Made by a program: the position numbers and the translations under genes. The notes beneath the pieces are model-generated. The model was not told the origin of the DNA. It saw only the letters and a program-made list of their open reading frames with translations, and did no database searches. Source: Erysipelotrichaceae bacterium (GTDB lineage Bacteria > Bacillota_I > Bacilli_A > Erysipelotrichales > Erysipelotrichaceae). Taken from it: a stretch of 32,000 nucleotides of DNA. The stretch covers positions 450,001 through 482,000 of the forward strand of contig OY760660.1 in NCBI GenBank assembly GCA_963663995.1. Direction: 5' to 3'. Below, in pieces: positions 19,254 to 28,037 of the stretch (the stretch's first letter is position 1; every line of letters starts with the position of its first letter).

Positions 19254-19915
19254 TGTTAAGTAAACGTCTTAATACCCTAGCGTTAATGATAGATCCTTGT
19301 GATCAAATGTGCGATGTGGGAAGCGATCATGCGCTTTTACCCATCGCACTTTTAAAATCGCATAAAGTAAAAAAAGCATTTGTTGTTGAAGTTGCGAGTG
19401 GACCTTTAGAAAAAGCTCAAATAGAAGTTGCTAATCAAGGAGTCATGGATCAAGTTGAATTCTTTTTAAGTAATGGCTTAAGAGAAGTAAATCGAGAAAT
19501 TTGTGCTGTCGTTATTGCTGGAATGGGTTTTGATACAATTTCTATGATTTTATCTGATTCACTCGATAAATTTAAAAAGATTGATCAAATAATTCTTCAA
19601 TCGAATTCTAAGCAATTTGAATTACGTGAATTTTTAAGTCAAAATCATTTTGAAATCTTGGATGAAGTATTTATTCAAGATCGTAAAAGACACTATATCG
19701 CAATGAAGTGCCGTTATAATGATCAAGCCCTTGATTTAAGTGAGCATGATTGTTTATGTGGACCAATTCTCATAAAAAAAGATAATCAAGATTATCTTAA
19801 TTACCTATTAAATCAATTTAAACTATATAAGGATTTTCTTATAAATGATGCATTACGCTATCAATCTAAAGTTGATATCTTGGAATCATTACTAAAATCT
19901 AAAGGGTTGCTTTAA
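19253..19915 (+). CDS. trmK: tRNA (adenine22-N1)-methyltransferase TrmK (YqfN-like)
   Basis: The N-terminus LSKRLNTLALMI...DVGSDHALLPIALL is typical of TrmK. Position directly after sigA. TAATG coupling. Confidence 0.85.
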   Translation: MLSKRLNTLALMIDPCDQMCDVGSDHALLPIALLKSHKVKKAFVVEVASGPLEKAQIEVANQGVMDQVEFFLSNGLREVNREICAVVIAGMGFDTISMILSDSLDKFKKIDQIILQSNSKQFELREFLSQNHFEILDEVFIQDRKRHYIAMKCRYNDQALDLSEHDCLCGPILIKKDNQDYLNYLLNQFKLYKDFLINDALRYQSKVDILESLLKSKGLL

Positions 19916-20813
19916 TTTTACTTGCTTCATTAAATGGATCTAAATGATCTCTAATCGCTTCACAAAATGCAATCACTTGATTTGTGATAAAGGTCGGAGT
20001 AGAGGCACCTGATGTAATCGCAATACTATCATGTTGGCTTAAATTTAAGTCTTGAAGTTGTTTGTAAGATTGAATAAAGTGAACGCTTTGAATACCTTTG
20101 TTTTGACCTAATTTCGCTAACATACTTGAATTGTTAGACTTTGGATCTCCAACAACAATCAAACAATCAACTTTCTTTAAATTCAAAACGGCTTCTTGTC
20201 TTAAGCGGGTGGCCGAACAAACCTCATTTGAAACTAACAAATGGGGATATTTTTTTTGAGCAGCACTTATTAATTCATTGATATCTAAAAGGGACATAGT
20301 CGTTTGATTGGTTAAGAACAATTTACTTTGTTTTATTTCTAAATTCTCAATATCCTTTAGACTTGTAATTAAATGAATATGTTGTGGATCACTTGTACAA
20401 ATAGCTTCAGATTCAGGATGGCCCTCTTTTCCAATATAGAGAATCTCATAGTTTTCTTTTAAATATGATTCAACCAGTTTTTGGGTTGAGATGACATCTT
20501 CACAACTGGCGTCAATCGCAATTAATCCTTTATTATTTGCTTCTTCAATCACTTTTTTATTTATCCCATGAGCAGTGAAAATGACAACACCATCTTCAAC
20601 TGACTCTAAAAGTTTTAGCCGCGATGTGTTCTTAGATTCAAGTGTGTCTATGTGCATTTCTTTTAAGCCATTAACGACATGATCATTGTGAACAAGTTCG
20701 CCTAAAACTGTAATTTTTTGATGAGGATAATCCATTGCAGCTTGTTTAGCCATTTGGATTGCTTTAACGACGCCTTTACAATAGCCTCTAGGTGTGATAT
20801 TAATTATTTCCAT
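19899..20813 (-). CDS. ispH: 4-hydroxy-3-methylbut-2-enyl diphosphate reductase (MEP pathway)
   Basis: PRGYCKGV, VHNDHVV, and the cysteines in TAHG/CEDV and VCSAT contexts. 304 aa. Confidence 0.92.
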   Translation of the reverse strand: MEIINITPRGYCKGVVKAIQMAKQAAMDYPHQKITVLGELVHNDHVVNGLKEMHIDTLESKNTSRLKLLESVEDGVVIFTAHGINKKVIEEANNKGLIAIDASCEDVISTQKLVESYLKENYEILYIGKEGHPESEAICTSDPQHIHLITSLKDIENLEIKQSKLFLTNQTTMSLLDINELISAAQKKYPHLLVSNEVCSATRLRQEAVLNLKKVDCLIVVGDPKSNNSSMLAKLGQNKGIQSVHFIQSYKQLQDLNLSQHDSIAITSGASTPTFITNQVIAFCEAIRDHLDPFNEASKIKATL

Positions 20814-20843
20814 GTTTACGTTGGTATCATAACATACTTTAAC

Positions 20844-20871
20844 TTGAAAACATTTGAAGACACTTTATAAT
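20844..20871 (+). promoter_or_regulatory. Putative sigma-A promoter for the DEAD-box helicase gene
   Basis: -35 TTGAAA (20844-20849), 16-nt spacer, -10 TATAAT (20866-20871). It lies inside the track ORF extension, which argues for the ATG at 20887. Confidence 0.5.
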
Positions 20872-20886
20872 GAATGCGAGGTTTAT

Positions 20887-22215
20887 ATGACACAACAACA
20901 CGAAAGTATTACAGCATTTTTAAAAACAAATCAGTTTAAACAATTGAGCCAAGTTCAATCTCAATCCTTTAAACCTATCACAAAGGGAAGAGATGTCATT
21001 GCTTTATCTAAAACAGGGACTGGCAAAACGTTTGCTTATCTTTTACCATCTTTTGTAAATATTGATACGCAATCTGATAAAACTCAATGTGTCATTATTT
21101 GTCCTACCCAAGAACTTGTTGAACAAACAACTGTTTTTGCGCAAAAATTGAATCCGATTTTTCCAGATATTAGAGTACAAAGTATTTCTAAATTGTCAGA
21201 TGATTTAAGATTAGCTAACAAACAAGTACCGCATGTATTAATTGGTACATTAGGTAAACTGAAGTCCTTATATCTAGAAAAGCAAATTTATCGTATTGAT
21301 CATATTCAAACATTGATTATTGATGAAGCAGATATGATGTTAGATCCAGAAAACCTTATTGATTTAGATGAATTTGCAGGTAAAATGCCAGAAAAACTAC
21401 AAACACTTGTTTTTAGCGCAACCATTCCAAATCAACTTAATAAGTTTATGCGTACCTACATGCATAATCCATTTCAAGTTAATATTGAAGAAGATAAATC
21501 ATTTGATCCACGCATTGAACATATCCTAATCTCGCAAAAAGAAGATGAGTTTAAAAAGCTTAAACAGCTTTTAATGAATATCAATCCTGCTTTATGTATT
21601 ATTTTTGCGAAAGATTCAAAACAACTTGAAAATTTGATAAGTTTCTTTGAAAATAGTTCATATAAATATACTTCTATTCATGGTCAACTAAATCCACGTG
21701 AAAGACATCAAATTTTTAAACAAATTAAAGACAATCAAGTTCAGTACGTTTTAGCAACTGATTTAGCTGCTCGTGGCTTAGATTTAGAACTTGCGACTGA
21801 TGTTATCTCCTTAGGCTTTCCAAGTGATTTAAGTTTTTATACACACCGTGCAGGTCGTATTGGTCGTGCTGGAAAGAGTGGAAGAAGTTTTATCATCTAC
21901 TCGCTAAAAGATGATCAAGTTATTCGCAAACTTATTGATATGGGATTAATCTTTAAACACCAATCCGTTAGTCAGCAAGGATTTAAGGAATTAAGATCTT
22001 ATTCATATACTTATCACGCTAAAAAAACTGAACTAGATAAAGAAGTAGAGAAGATTGTAAAAGGTCGCTCACGTAAAGTAAAACCAGGTTATAAAAAGAA
22101 ATTGAATCAAGAAATCGAGCAAATCAAACGTAAACGTAAACGTCAATTGATTCAAGATAGTATTAAAGCTCAACAAAAAGAGAAATCAAAACAGAAACAA
22201 AAAGACAAAAGGTAG
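20887..22215 (+). CDS. cshB: DEAD-box ATP-dependent RNA helicase (CshB/YqfR-like) with a Lys-rich C-terminal tail
   Basis: Motif I SKTGTGKT, Ia PTQEL, II DEAD, III SAT and VI HRAGRIGRAG. Basic tail KRKRKRQ...KQKQKDKR. Synteny with ispH/ispG as in B. subtilis. The gene symbol rests on synteny only. Confidence 0.8.
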   Translation: MTQQHESITAFLKTNQFKQLSQVQSQSFKPITKGRDVIALSKTGTGKTFAYLLPSFVNIDTQSDKTQCVIICPTQELVEQTTVFAQKLNPIFPDIRVQSISKLSDDLRLANKQVPHVLIGTLGKLKSLYLEKQIYRIDHIQTLIIDEADMMLDPENLIDLDEFAGKMPEKLQTLVFSATIPNQLNKFMRTYMHNPFQVNIEEDKSFDPRIEHILISQKEDEFKKLKQLLMNINPALCIIFAKDSKQLENLISFFENSSYKYTSIHGQLNPRERHQIFKQIKDNQVQYVLATDLAARGLDLELATDVISLGFPSDLSFYTHRAGRIGRAGKSGRSFIIYSLKDDQVIRKLIDMGLIFKHQSVSQQGFKELRSYSYTYHAKKTELDKEVEKIVKGRSRKVKPGYKKKLNQEIEQIKRKRKRQLIQDSIKAQQKEKSKQKQKDKR

Positions 22216-22232
22216 ATTAATTTCTACCTTTT
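22207..22232. terminator. Bidirectional hairpin spanning the stop codons of the convergent helicase and ispG genes
   Basis: 10-bp stem AAAAGGTAGA/TCTACCTTTT with loop TTAATT. The A4/T4 arms supply a U-tract in either direction. Confidence 0.55.
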
Positions 22233-23281
22233 ATTTCAGCTTCTATTTCTTTTTTTAATTCTTCAACGACTTTATCTTGATGAATACTTCGAATGTATTG
22301 TCCTTTTTTAAATAAAAGAGCTTCGTTTTTACCACCGGCAATACCAATATCAGCCCGTGAGGCTTCTTGCGGTCCATTAACTGGGCAACCCATGACAGCA
22401 ACAGATATTTCTGAATCAAGGGTATTTAGATAAGCTTCTACTTCTTTTACGATTGGCAACATATCATATTGAATACGTCCACAGGTCGGACAAGCGATTA
22501 AGTTTGCGACTTTATCATATAAACCAAAACTATTGAGAAGTGTTTTCGCAACACGCACTTCTTCAACTGGATCATCACTAATCGAAATACGAATCGTATC
22601 GCCAATGCCTTGATATAGTAGTGTTCCTAGTGCGGCACTTGATTTAATTGAAGAGGAGAAAAGGGTACCTGCTTCAGTTACCCCTAAATGAAGTGGGTAA
22701 GGGAAAACTTCTGCAGCTTTTTGGTAGACTTCAATGGTTAAGACGACATCAGATGATTTAAAGGATAATACAATATCGTGAAAATCTAAGTCAGTAAGTA
22801 AATTGACATGAAATTGAGCTGCCTCAATCATCGCATCAACGCAAGGTTCTCCATATTTTTCTAAAATACTTTTTTCTAATGAACCAGCATTAATGCCAAT
22901 ACGTATGGGAATATGTTTTTCTTTACAGGCATTAACAACTTGCGTAATATGATCTGGATTTTTGATATTTCCAGGATTTAATCGAATTTTATGGATTCCA
23001 TTTTCAATCGCGATTAAAGCTAAACGATAATTAAAATGTATATCAGCTACAAGTGGAACATTGGTTTGTTCAACAATAGCTTTAATGGCATGGGCATCTT
23101 CTTCATCTAAAACAGCTAGTCTAATGATTTCGCAACCATTGGATTGTAACGCTTTTATTTGCGCAACCGTTGCCTCAATATCCTTAGTTTTTGTATTCGT
23201 CATGGATTGAATCCAGACCTTATTTTGACCACCTAATTGGAGATTCTTAATCTTCAGTGATCGTGTTTGAGTTCTTTGCAT
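22217..23281 (-). CDS. ispG: 4-hydroxy-3-methylbut-2-en-1-yl diphosphate synthase (MEP pathway)
   Basis: IRLAV, VADIHF, RLNPGN, RIGINAGSL, CPTCGR and MGCPVNGPQEA blocks. SD GAGGTG upstream. Confidence 0.93.
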   Translation of the reverse strand: MQRTQTRSLKIKNLQLGGQNKVWIQSMTNTKTKDIEATVAQIKALQSNGCEIIRLAVLDEEDAHAIKAIVEQTNVPLVADIHFNYRLALIAIENGIHKIRLNPGNIKNPDHITQVVNACKEKHIPIRIGINAGSLEKSILEKYGEPCVDAMIEAAQFHVNLLTDLDFHDIVLSFKSSDVVLTIEVYQKAAEVFPYPLHLGVTEAGTLFSSSIKSSAALGTLLYQGIGDTIRISISDDPVEEVRVAKTLLNSFGLYDKVANLIACPTCGRIQYDMLPIVKEVEAYLNTLDSEISVAVMGCPVNGPQEASRADIGIAGGKNEALLFKKGQYIRSIHQDKVVEELKKEIEAEIKGRN

Positions 23282-23349
23282 AATTCACCTCGCAAAAAGT
23301 ATAGCATATATGGTATTCGTTGATTATTGCTTTATAATACTACTTGTAT

Positions 23350-25398
23350 ATGTTAAAAGATAAAATGAAAAAAAGTGCACTTGGACAAGTGTTGTCCTCT
23401 AAAAAAGAAACAGACTATCAAAAAATATTTGCGAATCGTATAGAAATATTTTTTATCGGTATAATTTTAGTCTTTGTGATTGTTCTATTTCAACTCTTTC
23501 GCATTCAGATTATTGAAAATGAGAGCTATGTTGAAAAATTAGAAAATTTTACGCAATTAACACAGAATATGGCCTCTCCTCGAGGGAAGATTTTTGATCG
23601 TTATGGTGAAATAATGGTATCTAATTCAGAACGATTAGCAATTGTTTATTTTCCTCCAGCTAATATGACTTCTTCTAAAGAATGGGAATTAGCTTATCAG
23701 ATGGCTGATACTTTTGATTTTGATTATAGTAATTTAACCATTCGTGATTTAAAAGATCTGTTTTTGCGTTTATATCCAAGTTTAGGACGTGATTATATTA
23801 AGTCAGAAGAATGGGATGACTATAATGAGGGTAAGATTAGTGACAATGATATTTATCTATTGAAACTGAGTCGAATCACTGAAGATGATATTAATATATT
23901 AGATGATCGAACACGTGAAGCCTATGTTGTTGAATATGCGATGAGTGCTGCACCTTATAATAGTTTAAAAGTTATTAAGGATGATGCAAGCATTGAAGAA
24001 ATTGCTTATTTAATTGAACATAACTCATTGTTTCCAGGTTTTGATGTAAATATATACTTTGATCGCTCTTACCCACAAGGAACACTTTTAAGAGGCTTAT
24101 TAGGTTCTGTTACTTCATCATCACAAGGTTTAGCTTCAGAAAACTTATTGACCTATTTGGCTTTAGGCTATGCGCGTAATAGTTCTGTGGGTCGAAGTGG
24201 ATTAGAATTTCAATATGAAACATTACTTAAAGGTAACGATAGTACCTATTTAGTTAATTTCAATGATGAAGGTTTAGCCTATTTTAATGAATCTATTGAG
24301 GGTTCTAAAGGACAAGATTTAGTTTTAAGTATCGATAGTGAACTACAACAAAAAGTTGAAGAAGTCATTTCAAAAGCCTTAACAGATAACATTGATAATC
24401 CTTATCGAGAATATATGGAATCCATCTATCTAGTTGCCCTTAATCCAACAACTGGTGATGTTTTAAGCATAGCCGGAATGAAAAAGACTGAAGATAATAC
24501 AATTTATAATGATCCTGTTTCTGCTTATACAGATTCATATGCGGCTGGGTCGGTTGTTAAAGGTGCGGTTGTTTATATGGGTTTAAGTGAAGGTTTAATG
24601 GATGCTGGTGAGTATATCTTAGATGCACCAATAAAGATTGCTGATACACCTTTAAAGCGTTCTTGGATGGATCTAGGCTACGTTAATGATTTAACAGCTT
24701 TATCTAAATCAAGTAATGTTTACATGTTTAATGTAGCAATGCGACTTGGTGGAGCTGAATACAGCTATAACACCCCATTATCCATTGATATAGAAGCGTT
24801 TAATACCTTTAGGTCTTACTTGTCACAATTTGGTTTAGGTGTTTATACCGGCTTAGATGTAAATAATGAAGGTTTAGGCTATCGTGGCTTCTCAAGTTTA
24901 GGGGGACATCTGCTCGACTTTTCGATTGGCCAATATGATACTTATACAACCATTCAATTAGCTCAATATGTTTCAACGATTGCGAATGATGGTTTACGGG
25001 TTAAACCACGCTTATTAATTGAAAGTCATATCAATGATACGCAAATTGTTAGTTATGAAAATCCAGTTACTATTTTAAACAGTTTAAATGATTTAAATGC
25101 ATTATCACGTGTTCAAGATGGATTTAGACTCTGTGTAACCGATGGTTTATGTCGTAGTTTATCAAATCTTCCTGTTAGTGCAGCCGCTAAAACAGGAACA
25201 GCTGAAAACTATATGTATCCAATTGATGGCGATAGTTTTGATGCCCCAAATTCCACTTTAGTATCTTATGCGCCATTCGAGGCGCCAGAAATCGCCATAG
25301 CTTGTGCTGCGCCTCATGCTTGGAACACAAAATCACAAGCAAATATCTGTTTAGGAATCACAAATGAGATTTATGCATATTATTTTTCAAAAGAATAG
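23350..25398 (+). CDS. Class B penicillin-binding protein (PBP2-type transpeptidase)
   Basis: N-terminal TM anchor (IFFIGIILVFVIVLF) and a dimerisation-domain start PRGKIFDRYGE. Transpeptidase motifs SVVK (SxxK), SSN (SxN) and KTGTA (KTG). The start is uncertain: ATG 23350, ATG 23365 or track TTG 23344. Confidence 0.85.
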   Translation: MLKDKMKKSALGQVLSSKKETDYQKIFANRIEIFFIGIILVFVIVLFQLFRIQIIENESYVEKLENFTQLTQNMASPRGKIFDRYGEIMVSNSERLAIVYFPPANMTSSKEWELAYQMADTFDFDYSNLTIRDLKDLFLRLYPSLGRDYIKSEEWDDYNEGKISDNDIYLLKLSRITEDDINILDDRTREAYVVEYAMSAAPYNSLKVIKDDASIEEIAYLIEHNSLFPGFDVNIYFDRSYPQGTLLRGLLGSVTSSSQGLASENLLTYLALGYARNSSVGRSGLEFQYETLLKGNDSTYLVNFNDEGLAYFNESIEGSKGQDLVLSIDSELQQKVEEVISKALTDNIDNPYREYMESIYLVALNPTTGDVLSIAGMKKTEDNTIYNDPVSAYTDSYAAGSVVKGAVVYMGLSEGLMDAGEYILDAPIKIADTPLKRSWMDLGYVNDLTALSKSSNVYMFNVAMRLGGAEYSYNTPLSIDIEAFNTFRSYLSQFGLGVYTGLDVNNEGLGYRGFSSLGGHLLDFSIGQYDTYTTIQLAQYVSTIANDGLRVKPRLLIESHINDTQIVSYENPVTILNSLNDLNALSRVQDGFRLCVTDGLCRSLSNLPVSAAAKTGTAENYMYPIDGDSFDAPNSTLVSYAPFEAPEIAIACAAPHAWNTKSQANICLGITNEIYAYYFSKE

Positions 25399-25415
25399 GC
25401 AAACAAAACTTGTTT

Positions 25416-25424
25416 ATGATATAA
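25416..25424 (+). promoter_or_regulatory. Extended -10 element (TGaTATAAT) upstream of rpmG
   Basis: TGaTATAAT lies 28 nt before the rpmG ATG, with SD GTGAGGAAAG in between. No convincing -35. Confidence 0.4.
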
Positions 25425-25452
25425 TGCTCAATGCATAGTGAGGAAAGCATAA

Positions 25453-25602
25453 ATGAGAGAAAATCTGACCTTAGTGTGTACAGAATGTGGTGAAGAAAAC
25501 TACATTAATACACGCAACAAAAAGAAACATCCTGAACGTATGCAAGTGAACAAATACTGTCCACGTTGCAACAAGAAAACCGTTCACAAGGAGAAAAAAT
25601 AA
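25453..25602 (+). CDS. rpmG: 50S ribosomal protein L33 (zinc-ribbon C+ form); absent from the ORF track
   Basis: My translation is [49 protein letters not shown]. It has the L33 signature with CxxC...CxxC and a good SD. Confidence 0.93.
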   Translation: MRENLTLVCTECGEENYINTRNKKKHPERMQVNKYCPRCNKKTVHKEKK

Positions 25603-25625
25603 AAAGGCCAGCAATTGGCTTTTTT
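25603..25625 (+). terminator. Probable intrinsic terminator after rpmG
   Basis: AAAGGCCA / TGGCTTTT stem (4 strong pairs plus an A:T/G:T extension), loop GCAAT, T6 run. Confidence 0.5.
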
Positions 25626-25633
25626 AGTTTATT

Positions 25634-26230
25634 ATGGAAATCAAGAAAATTGCAGTGGGAAACTATCAAGCAAACTGCTATATTTTAAGAAAAAATGAAC
25701 AAGTGATTATTATTGATCCAGGAGCTAATTTCGAAAGAATTAGTTCCTTTATCACTGATCAAGATAAAGTTCTTGCGATCTGTTTGACACATGGTCATTT
25801 CGATCATATTTCTGCAGTCGATGACTGTGTTAATCATTATCATTGTCCAGTCTATGTCTCTGAAGATGAATTAGATATCATAAAAGACCCTGAGAAGAAT
25901 TATGCTTTAAACAAGAAAAGTAAAGTGACATCTGATGTAATTTATTACTCACATCATTTAGAACTAGGTGATTTTAATTTTGAAATACATGAAACGCCAG
26001 GTCATACCATTGGCGGTGTTTGTCTTGAAATTGAAGGACATCTCTTTAGCGGAGATACTTTATTTAAAGGCAGTGTTGGCAGAACTGATCTTTATAGCTC
26101 AAATGCATCACAATTAAAACAGTCCCTGAAATATCTAAAAACCTTGTCACCCGATTTAAAAGTTCATCCTGGCCATGAAGCTTCAACAAGCTTAGAATAT
26201 GAATTAAAAACTAATCCCTATTTAAAATAA
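25634..26230 (+). CDS. MBL-fold metallo-hydrolase (glyoxalase II / YqgX-like)
   Basis: HxHxDH motif THGHFDHI, a downstream TPGHT, and GDTLF...GRTD. 198 aa. Confidence 0.8.
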   Translation: MEIKKIAVGNYQANCYILRKNEQVIIIDPGANFERISSFITDQDKVLAICLTHGHFDHISAVDDCVNHYHCPVYVSEDELDIIKDPEKNYALNKKSKVTSDVIYYSHHLELGDFNFEIHETPGHTIGGVCLEIEGHLFSGDTLFKGSVGRTDLYSSNASQLKQSLKYLKTLSPDLKVHPGHEASTSLEYELKTNPYLK

Positions 26231-26251
26231 AACGCAACAAGCGTTTTTTTT
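26229..26251 (+). terminator. Rho-independent terminator after the MBL hydrolase gene
   Basis: Stem AAAACGC/GCGTTTT with loop AACAA and a T-run to 26251. Confidence 0.7.
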
Positions 26252-26287
26252 ATTAGGATAATTCGTTTCCAATTCAAATAATAAAGT

Positions 26288-27169
26288 ATGAATCATAACT
26301 TTAAATTAAGATCTTTGCTTCAAAAAGCGCTCCAAGAAAAAGCGAGTGATATTCATATCACAATACGAAAGATGCAATCAACAGTTGAGCTAAGAACGAT
26401 AGATTCACGTTTAATCAGCATTCAAACTCAAATAAGTAGTGGATTTATTCAGTTCTTAAAGATCAAAGCCCATATTGATCTTTTAAGTGCTCTTAAACCA
26501 CAAACTGGTCAATTTGAAGTCAAATTAGGTCAAGTAACTTTATCGATCAGAATGGCTTATCTAAAGAATAAACAATTAGAATCAATTGTTTTAAGAATAT
26601 TAAATTCAGAATTAAGATTTCAGATCGATGACTTGTTTAAAGATGAAGACTTAAGGCAAATAAAAGAAGCATTAAATCAAAAGGCTGGTCTGATTCTTAT
26701 CTCAGGTACGACAGGTTCTGGAAAAACCACAAGTTTATATAGTTTTCTCGATTATCTAAAAGAACAAAAAATATATTCAATAGAAGATCCGATAGAAATC
26801 ATTAAAGATCATGTTATACAACTACAGATTAATAAATTAGCTCATTTTAATTTCAGTGAAGCGATAAAGCAAATATTAAGACATGATCCCAATATTATTG
26901 TGATAGGAGAAATACGCTCACAAGAAGAAGCACAAGCAGCTTTAAGTTGCAGTTTGAGTGGACATTTAGTTTTGTCGACAATACATGCTAGTAGCGCTGA
27001 AATCACGATAAAAAGAATGATTGATTTGGGGTGTGATAAGGAGGTGCTAGATGATTCATTACTTTCAATCTTTCATCAAGATTTGTGTTTCAATCTTGAA
27101 GAAAATAAAAGAAAAGTTGAGATTCAAATCCTTACAAGAAATGATATCAATCAGATTATGGCAAGATAG
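26288..27169 (+). CDS. comGA: Competence pseudopilus assembly ATPase ComGA (type II/IV secretion NTPase)
   Basis: ASDIHI N-terminal block, Walker A GTTGSGKTT, Asp box IEDPIE, Walker B IIVIGEIR, His box HLVLSTIHA. First gene of a comG-ordered cluster. Confidence 0.85.
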   Translation: MNHNFKLRSLLQKALQEKASDIHITIRKMQSTVELRTIDSRLISIQTQISSGFIQFLKIKAHIDLLSALKPQTGQFEVKLGQVTLSIRMAYLKNKQLESIVLRILNSELRFQIDDLFKDEDLRQIKEALNQKAGLILISGTTGSGKTTSLYSFLDYLKEQKIYSIEDPIEIIKDHVIQLQINKLAHFNFSEAIKQILRHDPNIIVIGEIRSQEEAQAALSCSLSGHLVLSTIHASSAEITIKRMIDLGCDKEVLDDSLLSIFHQDLCFNLEENKRKVEIQILTRNDINQIMAR

Positions 27170-28037
27170 CAGTTTTTTAAGTGATCTTTTAATGCATAGT
27201 GCAAGTAGTGTTGAAATTTATCAATTAACCCATATCGATTTAACTAAAGCATCTTTCATTAATAAATGTTTTAAAAAAGAACTCAAAATTTTTAAACGAA
27301 TTGAGAAAGATTATGGCTTATATGCTGCCTATCAAATTTCGTTTATATATAAACAAAATATCAAAGAGACAAATAATAAATGGTTTAAACCCCTTGTTTA
27401 CCCAATTTTTCTTTATTTAACTGCCTGGTCTTTACTTTGTTTTTTAATGTGGGTAATGATTCCAAGCATTGAAAAGCAAATGTCAAATATCAACGTTCAA
27501 TTCCCAAGTGAATTCATATTCTTATTACTTGGAGTCCAGATTGGATTAATTATTTTACTTGGGTTAATTAGACTTAGTTTTAATGAAAAAATGATTGAGC
27601 CTATTTTAAAATTAAGAATTTTTAAACATTACTTAAAATTGTATTTATCTTACCAATTCATGATTTCCTTCAGTTCATTTAGTAAAAGGGGAATACAACT
27701 TATCGATATCTTAGATATTAATCGATTTCATCCAAACAAATTTTTAGGATATATCTGTCTTCAATCATATAAAGAACTTAAACAAGGTGCAGACTTTGAA
27801 ACTGCTTTTAAATTCTTTGATTCAAACCTTATTCAATTATTAAGTGTTGAAAAAGTTGAAATAGATCACAATCAAATCGAACATTTAAAGCTACTATATG
27901 AGAGTTTATTAAGTCGAATATTTCGATTTCTTAAAATTGTACTTCAATCTTTAGCTTATCTAATGATTGCTATTGCAGTCCTTCTAAGTTATCAAATTGT
28001 TTTGTTACCTTTAAAAATGGTGGAGGAATTCTTATGA
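27051..28037 (+). CDS. comGB: Competence pseudopilus platform protein ComGB (GspF family)
   Basis: The position, the size (328 aa) and the polytopic membrane topology fit ComGB. There is a perfect SD AAGGAGGTG (27038-27046) 4 nt before ATG 27051. Family similarity is weak by eye. Confidence 0.7.
   Translation: MIHYFQSFIKICVSILKKIKEKLRFKSLQEMISIRLWQDSSFLSDLLMHSASSVEIYQLTHIDLTKASFINKCFKKELKIFKRIEKDYGLYAAYQISFIYKQNIKETNNKWFKPLVYPIFLYLTAWSLLCFLMWVMIPSIEKQMSNINVQFPSEFIFLLLGVQIGLIILLGLIRLSFNEKMIEPILKLRIFKHYLKLYLSYQFMISFSSFSKRGIQLIDILDINRFHPNKFLGYICLQSYKELKQGADFETAFKFFDSNLIQLLSVEKVEIDHNQIEHLKLLYESLLSRIFRFLKIVLQSLAYLMIAIAVLLSYQIVLLPLKMVEEFL

Noticed and set aside
25399-25415. A weak AT-only hairpin (AAACAA-AAC-TTGTTT) after the PBP gene, considered as a possible terminator.
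   Set aside because: It is all A:T pairs with no U-tract and overlaps the rpmG promoter-like region. That is not enough to call.
26255-26270. A cin-box / ComX-box-like sequence (ATAATTCGTT) upstream of comGA.
   Set aside because: It only resembles the reverse complement of TACGAATA (about 6/8), so the orientation is wrong for driving comGA. I also saw no ComK-type A4-N5-T4 boxes.
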